Source: a candidate division FCPU426 bacterium (lineage in GTDB: Bacteria; Oederibacteriota; Muellerivitia; Muellerivitales; Muellerivitaceae). From it: 64,000 nt of DNA. The position numbers and the translations under genes are program-made. The stretch spans positions 32,001 through 96,000 of the forward strand of contig CAWCKJ010000002.1 in the NCBI GenBank assembly GCA_963796105.1. Direction: 5' to 3'. This document shows, in pieces, positions 61,053-64,000 of the stretch (positions are counted from its first letter, which is position 1; every line of letters starts with the position of its first letter). The notes under the pieces were generated by a model that saw only the letters and a list, made by a program, of their open reading frames with translations, was not told the DNA's origin and searched no databases.

Positions 61053-62252
61053 ATGCGACTCGTCTTTAAAGATTCGCAAAAGACGAGTAAGGAGATTATT
61101 TTGAACGAAAAAAAAGAAGTTGTTCCCAATATCTTGATCGTGGACGACCTCCCGGCGAACCTGGAGGTCCTGGCTGGCATGCTGAAAAAGCGCGGCTTCG
61201 AGGTGAGGCCGGTCTTGAGCGGTTCCCAGGCCCTGCAGGCGGCGAAAAGCGACCCGCCGGACCTGGTTTTATTGGACATCAACATGCCGGAAATGGACGG
61301 TTTCGAGGTCTGCGAGAGGCTCAAGGCCGAGCCGAAGCTTTCCGAAATCCCCGTGATCTTCATCAGCGCCTACACCGAGACCGTGGATAAGCTGAAGGCC
61401 TTTCAGGCGGGGGGCGTGGACTTTGTGACCAAGCCCTTCCAGATCGAGGAGGTCCGCGCCAGGGTGGATGTCCACCTCAAGATCCGGAGCCTCCAGAGGG
61501 ACCTGCGATCCAGCAACGAGAGGCTCTCCGCGAGCCTGGCGAGACTGCGCGAGCTGGAGTCCCTCCGCGACAGCCTCGTGCACATGATGGTGCACGACCT
61601 CAAGGCGCCCCTGACGGCCATTGGCAGCGGCCTCCAGATGCTCCAGGCCAAGGCCGGGGACAGCCTGCCGATCAACCTGGTGAAAAGCGTCCATCTTGCC
61701 GAGAGCTCGGTCAAGGCGATGATGAGGATGGTCAATTCCATCCTGGGTATCAACAAGCTGGAGGAGGGAAAGCCCGAGTTGAACCTGGCGGTGACGGACC
61801 TGGGGGCTTTGGCCAGGGAGGCCTTGGGAAGCATGGAATTCTTCCGTGGGGGGAACAGGGTCATCGTCAAATCCACCCCCGCGGGGCTGACGGCACCCCT
61901 GGACGCGGAAATGATCACCAGAGTGATCCAGAACCTTTTGGACAACGCCTATAAATTCTCCCCGCCGGACACCTCCATCCATATCGCCATCCGGCAAGGG
62001 GACGGCGGGGTGGAGCTGTCTGTCTCGGATTCAGGCCCCGGCATCCCCGGGAAGTTCCACAAGAAGATCTTCGATAAATTCACCCAGGTTGAGCCTGGCG
62101 GAGGCGGGCCCATCGGCTCCACCGGACTGGGGCTGGCTTACTGCAAACTGGCCGTCGAGGCCCACGGCGGAAGGATCTGGGTGGAGAACAGGAAGGAAAA
62201 GGGAAGCGTCTTCAAGTTTGTCCTGCCAGCAAGCGCTCAAACTGAAAAATAA
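61053..62252 (+). CDS. hybrid REC-HisKA-HATPase kinase/response regulator (start may be TTG 61101)
   Basis: IVDD..LLDINMP..TKPF; VHDLKAPL; NLLDNAYKF; STGLGL. Confidence 0.92.
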   Translation: MRLVFKDSQKTSKEIILNEKKEVVPNILIVDDLPANLEVLAGMLKKRGFEVRPVLSGSQALQAAKSDPPDLVLLDINMPEMDGFEVCERLKAEPKLSEIPVIFISAYTETVDKLKAFQAGGVDFVTKPFQIEEVRARVDVHLKIRSLQRDLRSSNERLSASLARLRELESLRDSLVHMMVHDLKAPLTAIGSGLQMLQAKAGDSLPINLVKSVHLAESSVKAMMRMVNSILGINKLEEGKPELNLAVTDLGALAREALGSMEFFRGGNRVIVKSTPAGLTAPLDAEMITRVIQNLLDNAYKFSPPDTSIHIAIRQGDGGVELSVSDSGPGIPGKFHKKIFDKFTQVEPGGGGPIGSTGLGLAYCKLAVEAHGGRIWVENRKEKGSVFKFVLPASAQTEK

Positions 62253-62404
62253 ATTTTGAATTTTGAATTCTTAATTATGAATTGCGGTTAGATTTCCCCG
62301 ACTCGGAAATCCTCAAATTGTTTTAGCCTTTTTCTTTTAGAAAATCCTCGTCCCCCTCAATGCAAGGCAATTTTGAATTTTGAATTCTTAATTATGAATT
62401 GCGG
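62253..62404. repeat. two copies of a 36-bp AATT-heptamer tract
   Basis: AATTTTGAATTTTGAATTCTTAATTATGAATTGCGG near 62253 and near 62369. Confidence 0.85.
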
Positions 62405-62468
62405 GTTGTTTTATCTAGTTCGGAAATCTACAACAATTTAATTTTTTAAATTAAGAGTTTTGTTTTAT

Positions 62469-62578
62469 TAAATCCCATGCATCCCATGCATGCCGACCTT
62501 CCTATAAGTAATTAAGGAGGTCGGTATCGTACCAATCTTCGTATAGCTTTATGGAAAATTGGCACATCCGTGGCTAAA
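62469..62578. repeat. about 110-bp double-hairpin dispersed repeat, copy B
   Basis: TGCCGACC..GGTCGGTA and GTACCAAT..ATTGGCAC stems, as at 53901. Confidence 0.85.
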
Positions 62579-62691
62579 ACTTGCTTTTGATGTTTTTAAG
62601 CTGTGCCCAATTTAAGCTGTTGCTACTGCTTTAAGGGTTCAATTCAAAATTTAGAACATGCTCTGAGCCTAGTCGAAGGGTTTAAAATTGC

Positions 62692-63078
62692 TTATTTCGT
62701 CTTCGGCCTTTTCTCCAGTATCTCCCTGATCTTCGCCTTCAGCCCCGCCATGGCGACCGGTTTCGCGAAGAACCCCAGGATGTTGAACCCCTTCAGGTGG
62801 AAATCGTCCTCAAGCCCCTTGAACGCCGAGACCACGATGATGGGGAGGTCCGGGAAATCGGCCCTGACCCTCGGCACCATCTCGAAGGCGTGCATGTCCG
62901 GCATCTTCACGTCGGTCATGAGAAGGTCCACCTTCTGGTCCTCGAGGGTCCCCAGCACCTGCAGGCCGTTCTCGGCCGTGAGGACCTTGTAGCCCTCCTC
63001 GGAGAGCTCCTCCAGGTAAAGGAATAGTGAGGCTTTTTCGTCCTCCGCCACCAAAATCGTATAGTCGCTAGGATTCAT
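62692..63078 (-). CDS. single-domain response regulator
   Basis: VAEDE..MTDVKMP..SA..AKP. Confidence 0.9.
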   Translation of the reverse strand: MNPSDYTILVAEDEKASLFLYLEELSEEGYKVLTAENGLQVLGTLEDQKVDLLMTDVKMPDMHAFEMVPRVRADFPDLPIIVVSAFKGLEDDFHLKGFNILGFFAKPVAMAGLKAKIREILEKRPKTK

Positions 63079-64000
63079 TTTTCGCCCCTTCCTCCAACGG
63101 CAGATAGAAAATAAACTTGCTTCCGGCGCCCACCTGGCTCTCGACCCTCATGAAGCCCCCGTGCGACTCCACGATCTTGTGGCAGATGCTCAGGCCCAGG
63201 CCCGTTCCCGTCGTCTTGGTGGTGAAAAACGGCGTGAAGAGCTTGTGCAGGTTTTCCTTGGTGATTCCGCATCCCGTGTCCTGGACGCAGACGGAGACCA
63301 TCTTTTGCTGGAGGAAGACCTGCTGGAGGAGCGATTGGTCCGGGTTCGTCAACTGCTCCGCGGGAAGCATGCCCTCCTCGACCCTGGCCCCCACCGTGAG
63401 GGTGCCCCCCTCCTCCATCGAGTGGATGGCGTTGAACATCAGGTTCAGGAGTACCTGCTTGATCTTGTCCTTGTCCATCGGTATGAGGGGCAGGTGGTCG
63501 TCTATTTCCTTGACGATCCGGACGTTGGAGGCCTCGGCCTTCTCGGCCACGAAGACCAGGCTGTCCTCCAGGGCCGCGTGGAAGTCCACGAGCTCCGTGG
63601 AGGATTTCTGGTAGCGGCTGTATTCCAGCACGTCGCTGATGGTGGCGGCCATGCGGTTGACTTCCTCGATGATGATCTCGGCGTATTTTTTCTGCTTCGG
63701 GTCCTCCAGCTTGTCCGCGAGGCGCTGGGAGAAGCCCAGGATCGCGTTCAGGGGGTTCTTGATCTCGTGCGCGACGCCCGCCGCCATCTCCCCCAGGGTG
63801 GCCAGGTGCTCGGAGCGCACCAACTGCTGTTCCATCTGCTTGACGAGGGAAATGTCCTTCAGGGTCACGATGACGCCCAGGTTTTCCCCGCCTGGCCCCT
63901 GCAGGGGGGTGGTTTGCAGGGAGAGGGTCACGGGGGTCGATTGGGGCGTCTTCATCTCGACGTTCTCCTGGGAGAAGGGCTTGCCGGTCGTAAGGGTGCG
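63068..64000 (-). CDS. NtrB/AtoS-type PAS histidine kinase, 5'-truncated by the window edge
   Basis: AHEIKNPL, NLMFNA, DTGCG, FFTTK..GTGLGL; frame open to the end of the window. Confidence 0.9.
   Translation of the reverse strand, partial: RTLTTGKPFSQENVEMKTPQSTPVTLSLQTTPLQGPGGENLGVIVTLKDISLVKQMEQQLVRSEHLATLGEMAAGVAHEIKNPLNAILGFSQRLADKLEDPKQKKYAEIIIEEVNRMAATISDVLEYSRYQKSSTELVDFHAALEDSLVFVAEKAEASNVRIVKEIDDHLPLIPMDKDKIKQVLLNLMFNAIHSMEEGGTLTVGARVEEGMLPAEQLTNPDQSLLQQVFLQQKMVSVCVQDTGCGITKENLHKLFTPFFTTKTTGTGLGLSICHKIVESHGGFMRVESQVGAGSKFIFYLPLEEGAKNES

Overview
Bacterial 64-kb window from a diderm organism with moderately high GC in its core genes. No rRNA, tRNA or CRISPR array was recognised. Left half (4-36 kb): a surface-protein island with five paralogous secreted modular proteins. 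Each has a variable N-terminal passenger (S53 protease, L-type lectin, or an unnamed beta-rich domain), Thr-Pro stalks, an NHL beta-propeller and a T9SS/FlgD-like C-terminal domain. The island also has a PorV-like barrel gene, three paralogous small cationic secreted peptides, a complete IS21 (6-bp TSD), a complete IS1595 (8-bp TSD) that breaks one surface gene, toxin-antitoxin genes, a 1.2-kb non-coding multi-repeat region and many small palindromic elements. Right half (37-64 kb): a signalling island. Its core is a co-oriented cluster of a degenerate NtrC-type regulator, a dedicated type II FAS/PKS cassette (KS, inactive KS, ACP, FabZ, FabG, PPTase, SDR, FAD oxidoreductase) and a PhcB-like methyltransferase with PhcS/PhcR-PhcQ-like two-component genes. 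STAS, PilZ and further hybrid kinases follow. The best candidate for a novel system is a Phc-type fatty-acid-methyl-ester quorum-sensing locus that carries its own acyl-chain synthase. Second is the T9SS-like polymorphic surface-display array with paired cationic peptides. All family assignments come from motif recognition only; no searches were run.
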